A DNA stretch of 24,000 bases from Candidatus Methanocorpusculum faecipullorum (GTDB taxonomy: Archaea; Halobacteriota; Methanomicrobia; Methanomicrobiales; Methanocorpusculaceae): assembly GCA_018883755.1 (NCBI GenBank), contig JAHLFR010000002.1:18040-42039 (forward strand). Reading direction: 5' to 3'. The translations under genes were made by a program, and so were the position numbers. The notes under the pieces are model-generated. The model was given only the letters and a program-made list of their open reading frames with translations, searched no databases and had not been told where the DNA came from. Numbering within the stretch: the stretch's first letter is position 1; each line of letters begins with the position of its first letter. This document shows, piece by piece, positions 7,950 through 16,147 of this stretch.

Positions 7950-9682
7950 ACCGAATCGTTGAACGACTATCCGGATCTATCCGCGAGTACCGACGTGACA
8001 GTATTCTTGCCCCGGTATTTGTCGCACTAGAGGTCGTTATGGAGGTTCTGATACCTCTGGTTCTCGCGGATCTCATTGATGACGGAATCACCGCCGGCAA
8101 CATGGACATCATCATAAAGCTCGGACTTGTTCTGCTGCTGTTTGCGATAATGTCACTCGTCTTCGGTGTCTTTGCAGGAAAGTACGCAGCATCCGCGTCT
8201 GCAGGATTTGCAAAAAATCTCCGGCATGATCTCTTCTACGCAGTTCAGAACTTTTCGTTTGCAAACATCGACAAGTACTCAACGGCAAGTCTCATCACCC
8301 GTATGACAACTGATGTCACCAACGTCCAGAATGCCTATCAGATGATCGTTAGGATAGCCATCCGCTGTCCGCTGATGCTGATCTTTGCGTTCCTGATGGT
8401 GGTTGGAATTCACGCACAGCTGGCACTGATCTTCCTTGTACTTCTGCCAATCCTTGGTATCGGGATGTATCTGATCATCACACGTGCACAGCCGCTGTTT
8501 GAACTGGTGTTTAAGACCTATGATTCGCTCAACAAAGTGGTGCGGGAAAACCTTCGCGGGATCCGTGTGGTAAAGTCCTATGTACGGGAAGATTATGAGA
8601 TCAAAAAGTTCCGCAACGTCTCAGGATCCATCTACGGGTACTTCTCGCGTGCAGAAAAGATCCTTGCATTTACGAGTCCTCTGATGCAGGCAGTTGTCTA
8701 TGCAAGTATTCTTCTCATATCCTGGTTTGGGGCGCAGTTCATCATTTCTGGAAGCCTGACACGGGGCGACCTGATAAGTCTTATCTCATACTCTATGCAG
8801 ATTCTGATGAGTCTCATGATGCTTGCCATGGTCTTTGTCATGATCACAATGGCACAGGCGTCATCCCGGAGGATTGCCGAGGTACTTGAAGAAGAGGTGG
8901 ACTTAACCAACCCATCAGATCCGGTTTTCACAGTTGCAGACGGGAGCGTGGAGTTCCGTGATGTAGGATTCCAGTACACAAAAGATGCCGAACAGGAGAT
9001 CCTCAAAGACATTAATCTGAAAATCCGATCTGGAGAAACGGTTGGAATTCTTGGAGGTACCGGGAGTGCAAAGTCGACCCTGGTACAGCTGATTCCCCGG
9101 TTATATGATACAACAAAAGGCGAGGTTCTCGTCGGAGGAGTAAACGTACGGGAGTATAATCTCACCACCCTGCGGGATGCGGTTGCAATGGTTTTACAAA
9201 AGAATGTACTGTTCTCCGGAACCATTCGTGATAATCTCAAATGGGGAAATCCCGACGCGACCGATGAAGAAATTGCCCGTGCATGCAGACTTGCAAAGGC
9301 GGACGAGTTCATTGAAACACTACCGGAAGGGTTCGACACAAAGGTGGAACAGGGAGGGGCAAATTTCTCCGGAGGCCAGAAACAGAGGCTTTGTATTGCA
9401 CGGGCACTACTGAAAAAACCAAAAATTCTCATTCTGGATGACTCAACAAGTGCAGTCGATACAAGAACAGACGCTTTGATCCGGCAGGCATTCAGAACAG
9501 AAATTCCCGACACAACAAAGATCATCATCGCTCAAAGAATTGCGTCGGTACAGGATGCAGACAATATCCTGGTTATGGATGCCGGCCGTATCTGTGCCAT
9601 GGGGACACATGAGGAACTGTTACAAAACAATGCGATATACCAAGAGATGTACCGGTCGCAGATGAAAGGAGATGATGCATAA
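7946..9682 (+). CDS. ABC exporter half-transporter (TMD-NBD), subunit with degenerate ATPase site
   Basis: The 578-aa ORF has Walker A GGTGSAKS and signature FSGGQ. Walker B is ILILDD, with Asp (GAC 9440-9442) where the catalytic Glu is expected. The switch residue is Gln (CAA 9533-9535) instead of His. The GTG start overlaps the marR stop (GTGA) and is preceded by GGAGGAG. Confidence 0.9.
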   Translation: MNRIVERLSGSIREYRRDSILAPVFVALEVVMEVLIPLVLADLIDDGITAGNMDIIIKLGLVLLLFAIMSLVFGVFAGKYAASASAGFAKNLRHDLFYAVQNFSFANIDKYSTASLITRMTTDVTNVQNAYQMIVRIAIRCPLMLIFAFLMVVGIHAQLALIFLVLLPILGIGMYLIITRAQPLFELVFKTYDSLNKVVRENLRGIRVVKSYVREDYEIKKFRNVSGSIYGYFSRAEKILAFTSPLMQAVVYASILLISWFGAQFIISGSLTRGDLISLISYSMQILMSLMMLAMVFVMITMAQASSRRIAEVLEEEVDLTNPSDPVFTVADGSVEFRDVGFQYTKDAEQEILKDINLKIRSGETVGILGGTGSAKSTLVQLIPRLYDTTKGEVLVGGVNVREYNLTTLRDAVAMVLQKNVLFSGTIRDNLKWGNPDATDEEIARACRLAKADEFIETLPEGFDTKVEQGGANFSGGQKQRLCIARALLKKPKILILDDSTSAVDTRTDALIRQAFRTEIPDTTKIIIAQRIASVQDADNILVMDAGRICAMGTHEELLQNNAIYQEMYRSQMKGDDA

Positions 9683-11592
9683 TGCCGCCGATGGGAGGAA
9701 GACGTATGCATCCTGGACAGTTCGCCGGAGGCAGGGGACCCAGTGATGCGGGAAAGACGATCAAGAGGCTGTTTGGGTACCTGACAGGCATGGACAGAGT
9801 ACGGTTCGCTGTTGTTCTGATCTGTATTGTTATCAGTGCCCTTGCAGGTGTTGTCAGTTCCCTGTTTATTGAGGTACTTATCGATAATTACATCACGCCG
9901 CTTATTGGGGTGGAAAATCCGGTATTCACCGGACTCCTCTCGGCAATTCTCTTCATGGCCGTAATCTATACCGCAGGAGTTGCAGCAACGTTTGTCTATA
10001 CGCGGCTGATGGTGGTTATTGCTCAGGGGATGCTGAAAACAATCCGTGACCGGATGTTTTCGCATATGCAGAAGCTGCCGGTAAGCTACTTTGACACGCA
10101 TACCTTCGGAGATGTAATGAGCCGTTACACCAATGATACAGATACTCTCCGGCAGATGCTTTCACAGAGTGTTCCGCAGATGTTCTCATCCGTAGTGACA
10201 ATCGTAGTGGTTTTAGCCGCGATGATATACACCAGCGGATATCTAACAGTCCTGGTTCTCGTGATGGTAGGTGTGTTGTTCTTTGTAACCAAATACATCG
10301 GCGGAAAAAGTGCGACCTACTTTATCCAGCAGCAGGAGTCTCTCGGTGAAGTGAACGGCTATATCGAAGAGCTCATGGGAGGTCAGAAAGTAGTGAAGGT
10401 GTTCTGTCATGAAGATGCAGCAAAGGCTGAGTTTGATTCGATGAACGACAAACTCTGCGGCCATGCAACATCAGCAAATACCTTTGCCAACATCTTCATG
10501 CCGGTTGTGGCAAACATCGGCAACATCCAGTATGTACTGGTGGGAATCTTTGGAGGGGCACTTGCACTCCTCGGGGTAGGTGGTCTGACGCTTGGAGGAA
10601 TTGCAGCATTCCTGCTGCTGAGCAGAAGTTTCATGATGCCGATTAGCCAGGTCTCACAGCAGATCAGCGCGGTGGTAATGGCTCTTGCCGGTGCAGAGCG
10701 TATCTTCCAGTTAATCGACGAGCCGGTTGAGGCAGACACCGGAACCATTCGGCTGGTAAATGTCAAACGTGAAGGAGACAGCCTTGTGGAAACGACGAGT
10801 GAAACAACAACCTGGGCATGGAAAGAGGAGACTGATGAAGGTACGGTCTACACGGAATTGACCGGCGACGTACAGTTTGTGCAGGTGAGTTTTGGCTACA
10901 CCCCGGAGAAGGAAGTTCTGCACGACATTTCCCTGTATGCAAAACCAGGACAGAAAGTTGCGTTTGTCGGAGCAACCGGTGCGGGAAAGACAACTATCAC
11001 AAACCTGATCAACCGGTTTTACGATATTTCTGCGGGAGAGATTCTCTATGACGGCATCGATGTGACCAGAATGAAAAAAAGCGATCTGCGGTGGTCACTT
11101 GGAATGGTACTTCAGGATACAAACCTCTTCACGGGAACTGTGATGGAAAACATCCGGTACGGTAAACTGAACGCAACCGATGAGGAAGTATATGCAGCAG
11201 CAAAGCTTGCAAACGCGGATGAGTTTATCCGCATGCTTCCGGAAGGATATGCAACAATGCTGGAGGGTGATGGCGGCAGTCTTTCACAGGGACAACGCCA
11301 GTTACTCTCCATTGCACGTGCAGCGGTGGCAAACCCGCCGGTAATGATTCTGGATGAGGCGACCTCCAGTATTGACACCAGAACAGAGGCTATCGTGCAG
11401 GCAGGGATGGACTCACTAATGAAAGGCCGGACAGTGTTCGTGATTGCCCACCGGCTGTCGACGATTCACAATGCGGATGTGATTCTCGTTCTGGAAAACG
11501 GCAAAATAATTGAGCGCGGCAACCATGAGACCCTGATTGCACAGAAAGGAAAGTACTACCAGCTGTACACGGGCGCATTTGAGCTTGAGTGA
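9682..11592 (+). CDS. ABC exporter half-transporter (TMD-NBD), subunit with consensus ATPase site
   Basis: The 636-aa ORF has Walker A GATGAGKT. Walker B is VMILDE (Glu GAG 11356-11358) and the switch His is present (CAC 11449-11451). The signature is LSQGQ. The ATG overlaps the upstream stop (TAATG). Confidence 0.9.
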   Translation: MPPMGGRRMHPGQFAGGRGPSDAGKTIKRLFGYLTGMDRVRFAVVLICIVISALAGVVSSLFIEVLIDNYITPLIGVENPVFTGLLSAILFMAVIYTAGVAATFVYTRLMVVIAQGMLKTIRDRMFSHMQKLPVSYFDTHTFGDVMSRYTNDTDTLRQMLSQSVPQMFSSVVTIVVVLAAMIYTSGYLTVLVLVMVGVLFFVTKYIGGKSATYFIQQQESLGEVNGYIEELMGGQKVVKVFCHEDAAKAEFDSMNDKLCGHATSANTFANIFMPVVANIGNIQYVLVGIFGGALALLGVGGLTLGGIAAFLLLSRSFMMPISQVSQQISAVVMALAGAERIFQLIDEPVEADTGTIRLVNVKREGDSLVETTSETTTWAWKEETDEGTVYTELTGDVQFVQVSFGYTPEKEVLHDISLYAKPGQKVAFVGATGAGKTTITNLINRFYDISAGEILYDGIDVTRMKKSDLRWSLGMVLQDTNLFTGTVMENIRYGKLNATDEEVYAAAKLANADEFIRMLPEGYATMLEGDGGSLSQGQRQLLSIARAAVANPPVMILDEATSSIDTRTEAIVQAGMDSLMKGRTVFVIAHRLSTIHNADVILVLENGKIIERGNHETLIAQKGKYYQLYTGAFELE

Positions 11593-11625
11593 CAATACAT
11601 ACGTAGTATCCAAAAGATACGAAAG

Positions 11626-11655
11626 TAGATAGGAGTACACTCCCCATCTATTTTT
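11626..11655 (+). terminator. hairpin (5 bp + internal loop + 4 bp, tetraloop) followed by T5, after the ABC operon
   Basis: TAGAT-A-GGAG-TACA-CTCC-CC-ATCTA is followed by TTTTT. It lies 34 nt after the ABC stop and abuts the hxlR-family ATG. Confidence 0.35.
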
Positions 11656-12015
11656 ATGGATGAGTTCTGTACCGTAAACCTGACAGTCCGGTACCTGACA
11701 AAAAAATGGACACTGTTAATTATTCTCGAACTTTTCAAAGGAGACAACTATACCCGCAGATTCTCGGAACTGAAAGAGAGGCTGCCGGATATCACGGCAA
11801 AAGTTCTCTCCGAACGGCTTCAGGAACTAGAAGCAGAAGGAATTGTATCAAAAACGATCGATGCAACCGTTGTTCCAATTCGCTCCGAGTACACCCTGAC
11901 TGAGAGCGGCATTGAACTGATGGAAGTTATCCGGGGCATCAAATACTGGGCATTAAAATGGAAGATTGACAACATTCCCTGTGGCAGTCAGGAATGCAAA
12001 CTCTGTAAACTGTAA
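11656..12015 (+). CDS. HxlR family transcriptional regulator
   Basis: The 119-aa ORF matches the HxlR pattern: C..N.....L..KWTLLII.EL.....RF.EL...LP.IT.K.LS.RL.ELE..GIV......P.R.EY.LTE.G. Confidence 0.85.
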   Translation: MDEFCTVNLTVRYLTKKWTLLIILELFKGDNYTRRFSELKERLPDITAKVLSERLQELEAEGIVSKTIDATVVPIRSEYTLTESGIELMEVIRGIKYWALKWKIDNIPCGSQECKLCKL

Positions 12016-12034
12016 TAAAAATAAAATACAAAAG

Positions 12035-12108
12035 GGCCAAGGCCGGGACTCGAACCCGGGTCAAAGGATCCACAGTCCTATAGGATGTCCAGCTACCCTA
12101 CCTTAGCC
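12035..12108 (-). tRNA. tRNA-His (anticodon GTG) with genome-encoded G-1
   Basis: In the hand fold, G-1 sits opposite discriminator C73. The acceptor is GCTAAGG/CCTTGGC with one G:U pair. The anticodon loop is CTGTGGA and the T arm is CCGGG-TTCGAGT-CCCGG. The variable loop is 4 nt. One U:U mismatch closes the anticodon stem. Confidence 0.8.
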
Positions 12109-12270
12109 TGAGAACCAGCAAATCTGGACCAGTTACGATCTTGCTTCATACCATTGTATGAAACACTCTAATACATAGGGTGTTCCCAAATATTAACATA
12201 TCCTTTAGATGGCGAGCCAACCGCCATTTACGTTTATTAATGACCACTGCCAATACTTACGTAGTTTTTA

Positions 12271-12291
12271 CTCTGATTTTTAAAATCAGAG
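12271..12291. promoter_or_regulatory. 21-nt perfect palindrome CTCTGATTTT-T-AAAATCAGAG with a TATA-like centre, 16 nt upstream of infB
   Basis: The palindrome was verified base by base. Its centre (12281) lies 26 nt from the infB ATG (12307). The right arm overlaps a GAGAGGAGAG purine tract. Confidence 0.35.
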
Positions 12292-12306
12292 AGGAGAGAA
12301 AGAGAA

Positions 12307-14079
12307 ATGGCAGCAGAACATATCCGTACTCCCATTGTCTGCGTGTTGGGGCACGTGGACCATGGGAAAACATCGCTCCTGGATCGGATCCGGGGATCGC
12401 GGGTTGTTGCCGGGGAGGCTGGAGCGATTACCCAGCACATCGGCGCAACGATGATCCCGATCGATTCGATTCAGAAGATGAGCGGTGAACTGGGAAAACT
12501 GAAAACAACAGTCCCGGGTCTTCTCTTTATCGACACACCCGGACATCATGCCTTCACAACACTCCGCGCCCGTGGCGGTGCACTTGCCGACATTGCAATT
12601 CTGGTGGTGGATGTCACTGAAGGATTCAAACAGCAGACCATTGAAGCACTCCAGATACTTAGAAACTGCAAGACACCATTTGTAATTGCGGCAACAAAGA
12701 TTGACCGTATTCCCGGCTGGCGCCCAATGGAGAATGCATCGTTTCTGAAGTCCTATAAAAACCAGAACGAACGCGTACAAAACGAATGTGAGAACCGGAT
12801 CTATGAGTTAGTCGGAAAACTTTCCGAGATGGGATTCAACTCCGAGCGGTTTGATCGTGTCAGTGACTTCCAGCGCAACCTGGTGATTGTTCCGGTCAGC
12901 AGCATGACCGGGGAAGGTATCGGCGATCTCCTGATGGTGATGATCGGTCTTGCGCAGCGGTTCTTAACCGAAGGGCTGAAGACAACAGTAAAAGGGCCCG
13001 GTGTGGGTACCGTATTGGAGGTTAAAGAGGAGAAAGGTCTTGGAACAACACTTGACGTGATCCTCTATGATGGTATTATCAACGTCGGTGATGAGATTGC
13101 AATTGCAGGAACCGAGGGAGCAATTGCCACAAAAGTTCGGGCACTGTTGCAGCCTCGGCCGATGAAAGAGATTCTGATCGAGGATCGGTTCCAGCGTGTA
13201 AAGTCGGTCACGGCAGCTGCAGGTGTGAAGATTACCGCGCCAAACCTGGAAGACATCATTGCGGGATCACCAGTCCGTGTAATCCGCGGAGACCGTGATG
13301 AAATGCTTGCCAAGATTGAAGAGGAGATGCGTGAGATCAACGTGAAACTTTCTGAGATCGGCATCACGGTCCGCGCAGACACCATCGGCGCGCTTGAAGC
13401 CCTCTCCAAAGAATTGGAAGAGAAGAACATCCCGATTATGCGTGCAGAGGTAGGTCCGGTCAGCCGCCGTGATTTGATCGAGATCAGTGTGATGAAGGAC
13501 GAACTCTACAAGACGGTGCTCTGTTTCAATGTCCCGCTTCTGCCCGATGCGGAGGCAATGGTCCGCGATGAGGAAGTTGATGTAAAGATCTTCTCCAACC
13601 GCGTAATCTACAAACTCATCGACGACTATATCGACTGGCGCGACGAGCTTACCCGCGCACGGGAAGCAAAACAGTTTGAAACAGTGGTTCTTCCGGCGAA
13701 GTTTTCAATCCTGCCCGACTGCGTGTTCCGTCAGAGCGGACCCGCGGTAGTGGGTGTACGGGTTCTGGGAGGAATTCTCCGACCTCACGTCGGCGTTGCG
13801 ACGCGCGACGGAAAAGTAGTAGGAGAGATCAAACAGATCAAACTCAACAAGGAAAATATTCAGGAAGCAAAGGAAGGTCTCGAGGTTGCTGTTTCAATTG
13901 AAGGCGTCACCATCGGGCGGCAAATCGACGTTGGCGAGACATTGTACGTTGCCGTGCCAGAGCGGCATGTGAAAGTTCTGGAAACAGAAATGTTGTCTCA
14001 TTTAAATACTGGAACGCAGGAGGCACTGGAAGAGTACACCAACATCTTCCGCAAGACCCAACCCTTCTGGGGGAAGTAG
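12307..14079 (+). CDS. infB: translation initiation factor aIF5B (IF-2)
   Basis: The 590-aa ORF has GTPase motifs GHVDHGKT, DTPGH and ATKID. Its four-domain length is typical of archaeal aIF5B. There is no intein. Confidence 0.93.
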   Translation: MAAEHIRTPIVCVLGHVDHGKTSLLDRIRGSRVVAGEAGAITQHIGATMIPIDSIQKMSGELGKLKTTVPGLLFIDTPGHHAFTTLRARGGALADIAILVVDVTEGFKQQTIEALQILRNCKTPFVIAATKIDRIPGWRPMENASFLKSYKNQNERVQNECENRIYELVGKLSEMGFNSERFDRVSDFQRNLVIVPVSSMTGEGIGDLLMVMIGLAQRFLTEGLKTTVKGPGVGTVLEVKEEKGLGTTLDVILYDGIINVGDEIAIAGTEGAIATKVRALLQPRPMKEILIEDRFQRVKSVTAAAGVKITAPNLEDIIAGSPVRVIRGDRDEMLAKIEEEMREINVKLSEIGITVRADTIGALEALSKELEEKNIPIMRAEVGPVSRRDLIEISVMKDELYKTVLCFNVPLLPDAEAMVRDEEVDVKIFSNRVIYKLIDDYIDWRDELTRAREAKQFETVVLPAKFSILPDCVFRQSGPAVVGVRVLGGILRPHVGVATRDGKVVGEIKQIKLNKENIQEAKEGLEVAVSIEGVTIGRQIDVGETLYVAVPERHVKVLETEMLSHLNTGTQEALEEYTNIFRKTQPFWGK

Positions 14080-14087
14080 TATAAATG
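14080..14087 (+). promoter_or_regulatory. TATA-like box (TATAAATG) immediately after the infB stop, upstream of rps6e
   Basis: This is an AT-rich octamer about 65-70 nt upstream of the rps6e ATG. A GAGGAG Shine-Dalgarno-like element sits at 14132-14137. Confidence 0.3.
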
Positions 14088-14150
14088 GGAAGAGACTAAC
14101 TATATGGGTACTTCGGCATCCTATTGATATCGAGGAGATGTGCTAATACA

Positions 14151-14552
14151 ATGGTAGACTTTAAGGTCGTACTGTCAGACCCGAAAACTGGTCTTTCGTA
14201 CAAAATAGATGCCACGGGCGCAGCTGCGGGTGCACTTCTGGGAAAGAAGATCGGCACCGAGGTTGACGGCGCTCCGTTTGGTCTGAATGGTTACAAGATT
14301 ACAATCACCGGTGGATCGGACAAAACCGGAACTCCGGCACGCCCGGACCTCCCGGGTAACGGCAGAAGAAACCTCCTTCTCTCCGACGGATTTGGTTTCC
14401 ACGCAAAACACAACGGTGAGCGGAAAAGAAAGAGCCAGCGCGGCAACGAGATCGCTGCTGACTTTGTTCAGGTAAACGCGAAAATCTCCACCTACGGCGA
14501 AAAGCCGATCGCAGAGATCTTTGCCCCTGCTGAAGAAGCAGCTGCAGAGTAA
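14151..14552 (+). CDS. rps6e: 30S ribosomal protein S6e
   Basis: The sequence MVDFKVVLSDPKTG...GYKITITGGSDKTGTPARPD...GERKRKSQRGNEI matches the S6e family pattern. I prefer the ATG at 14151 over the TTG at 14124 used by the track. Confidence 0.9.
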   Translation: MVDFKVVLSDPKTGLSYKIDATGAAAGALLGKKIGTEVDGAPFGLNGYKITITGGSDKTGTPARPDLPGNGRRNLLLSDGFGFHAKHNGERKRKSQRGNEIAADFVQVNAKISTYGEKPIAEIFAPAEEAAAE

Positions 14553-14692
14553 ATCTCTCTCAATACTTTTTCTCTTCTTCTCTTGATGTATTCACAGGTA
14601 AGATCATTTTTCCCTGCGAATCGTCTATTCAAAAGCAAAAGACTATACTGGCAGAGTAGAGATTCCCTGCCACCATTTCTAAGGAAAAACAG

Positions 14693-15175
14693 TTACTGTC
14701 CCTCGCGCATTGCTGCGCGGAGGGCAGGAATATAGGCAACGGTATTGACACCGTATTTTTTTGCAAGGAGAACAACAGATGCTTCAGGAACGAGAAGATT
14801 ATCGAAATGTTCTGCGATCTCCTGCATCTCAGCAGCAAGATCTTTTCTGGATCTGCCGGTTGCAGTGGCAATGTCCTCGATCAGTGCCTCGATAGGATCC
14901 TTCTCATCGGACGACTCAGAAAAGATCTCATCACCGGGACGAAAACCCAGTGGTATGGTAATGTCTCCAAGGGATTCTGCACAACGGTACGTGTTGTCCT
15001 CCCCCTCTTTAAGAAGGAGACCTCGCTTTGCGGCAAGGTCAATTAGTTTTTTTGCCTGATCCTGGCTCATCCACCGTTTGTCCTGCACATAATAAAACAC
15101 CAGCTCCATTTTACTGAGCCGATCTTTTCTCCCGTGCCGGAAAGGTGCTGCAACCGTCGTTTCCAGTTCGTTCAC
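14693..15175 (-). CDS. conserved archaeal protein, DUF2240-like
   Basis: The 160-aa ORF has a GTG start overlapping the upstream stop (GTGA). The pattern PFR..G...LSK.E.V....D.RWMS.DQAK.LIDLA...GLL fits my recollection of DUF2240. Confidence 0.55.
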   Translation of the reverse strand: MNELETTVAAPFRHGRKDRLSKMELVFYYVQDKRWMSQDQAKKLIDLAAKRGLLLKEGEDNTYRCAESLGDITIPLGFRPGDEIFSESSDEKDPIEALIEDIATATGRSRKDLAAEMQEIAEHFDNLLVPEASVVLLAKKYGVNTVAYIPALRAAMREGQ

Positions 15176-15594
15176 GAAAGTGCCCCAAGAATCATTTTCT
15201 TCATATCCATTGCATCGAACCCATCGATAGACGGGGACTTCGTGACAAATATCTCAGTTCGTGCTCCACGTTCCATGGTACGAATCATGAACCGGTGATC
15301 GTTCAACGGAACATTCCCAGAAGCTCTCAGCAGAGTATCTGTAAGGGTGATCAGGATGTCTGCTGCATCTGTAGTGGTTTTGCTGATATTTGCACCACGC
15401 TCAATTTTTTCAAAACCAAGCCGGTCGTGCGCAAGAAAAACGGAGACCTCACGCTTGATGGGACCTGCATCTGTTCGGAAGTTGTCCTGCCGACCTGCAA
15501 GTGATTCAATAGCGTTCAGGAAGACAGAAAACGGGACATCAACTTCAAATTCAAGATCACAGCGGTTTGGGAACTGATAGGACACTCTTCTCAT
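15172..15594 (-). CDS. hypothetical protein (no family recognised)
   Basis: The 140-aa ORF has an ATG start and is translationally coupled to the DUF2240-like gene. A TATA-like AAAATATACTTAT lies about 30-35 nt upstream on the minus strand. The composition is protein-like and not low-complexity. Confidence 0.5.
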   Translation of the reverse strand: MRRVSYQFPNRCDLEFEVDVPFSVFLNAIESLAGRQDNFRTDAGPIKREVSVFLAHDRLGFEKIERGANISKTTTDAADILITLTDTLLRASGNVPLNDHRFMIRTMERGARTEIFVTKSPSIDGFDAMDMKKMILGALS

Positions 15595-15667
15595 GCATCA
15601 GATATTGGGCACTGATACGGATAAGTATATTTTGCTGTGAACAAGAGAAAAGAAAAAAATATTTTGT

Positions 15668-16045
15668 TTATTCGAGCAGGACTGCGTTGATAACGCCATC
15701 CTGACCCGGGCGGCTGACGATACGGGCTTTACCGAGATCGGTTGCGATAATTGCGCCCTTGGTCATCAGGTTCCGACGAACATAGTTCGGGTTTGCTGCA
15801 TTTTCTGCAACAGAGTTGATCTTGACCTTCTGAACCTTTCCGGTCTTCTTGTCGCTAACGTTTGCGTATTCGCAGCGGAGTGCGCGGACCTTGGTGTTAC
15901 CACCGGTTACTCTGATGGTCTTTACACGGGTTTCTCCAATGGTGGTATCTGCCGGGGATCTGCCGATCTCAAACCGCTTTTTGCCACGGTTGGCATGGTA
16001 ACGGCCACCGGTGGACTTTCTTACTGATCTTCCTTGCCAAAGCAT
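15668..16045 (-). CDS. rps8e: 30S ribosomal protein S8e
   Basis: MLWQGRSVRKSTGGRY...RGKKRFEIGR...VRVTGGN.K.RALR is the classic S8e N-terminus. Confidence 0.9.
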   Translation of the reverse strand: MLWQGRSVRKSTGGRYHANRGKKRFEIGRSPADTTIGETRVKTIRVTGGNTKVRALRCEYANVSDKKTGKVQKVKINSVAENAANPNYVRRNLMTKGAIIATDLGKARIVSRPGQDGVINAVLLE

Positions 16046-16113
16046 GAATTAATATCTCCAATAATTAAGTTTCTCTGATTAAACGCCCGAAGAAGTTACG
16101 CTTTCCGGACGGG

Positions 16114-16147
16114 TGATCCTGAACCGGAAGGTCCAGCCTCAGGATCA
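16114..16147 (-). other. extended RNA hairpin (9 bp + internal loop + 5 bp + triloop) in the hypB-rps8e spacer
   Basis: The minus-strand RNA reads UGAUCCUGA-GG-CUGGA-CCU-UCCGG-U-UCAGGAUCA. The inner stem needs a G:U pair that exists only in the minus-strand transcript; on the plus strand it would be C:A. Confidence 0.4.

Noticed and set aside
8698-9528. A 276-aa minus-strand ORF lies antisense to the first ABC gene. Similar antisense ORFs lie at 9532..10101 and 10407..10766.
   Set aside because: They are Ser/Arg/Pro-rich antisense frames of well-supported ABC genes. They have no start context or motifs.
12209-12283. A 24-codon ATG ORF (MASQPPFTFINDHCQYLRSFYSDF) lies in the infB upstream spacer and ends inside the palindrome. 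The 102-aa ORF at 12180..12488 is a related case.
   Set aside because: It has no ribosome-binding site and lies in a probable promoter region. The larger ORF overlaps the well-supported infB start in another frame.
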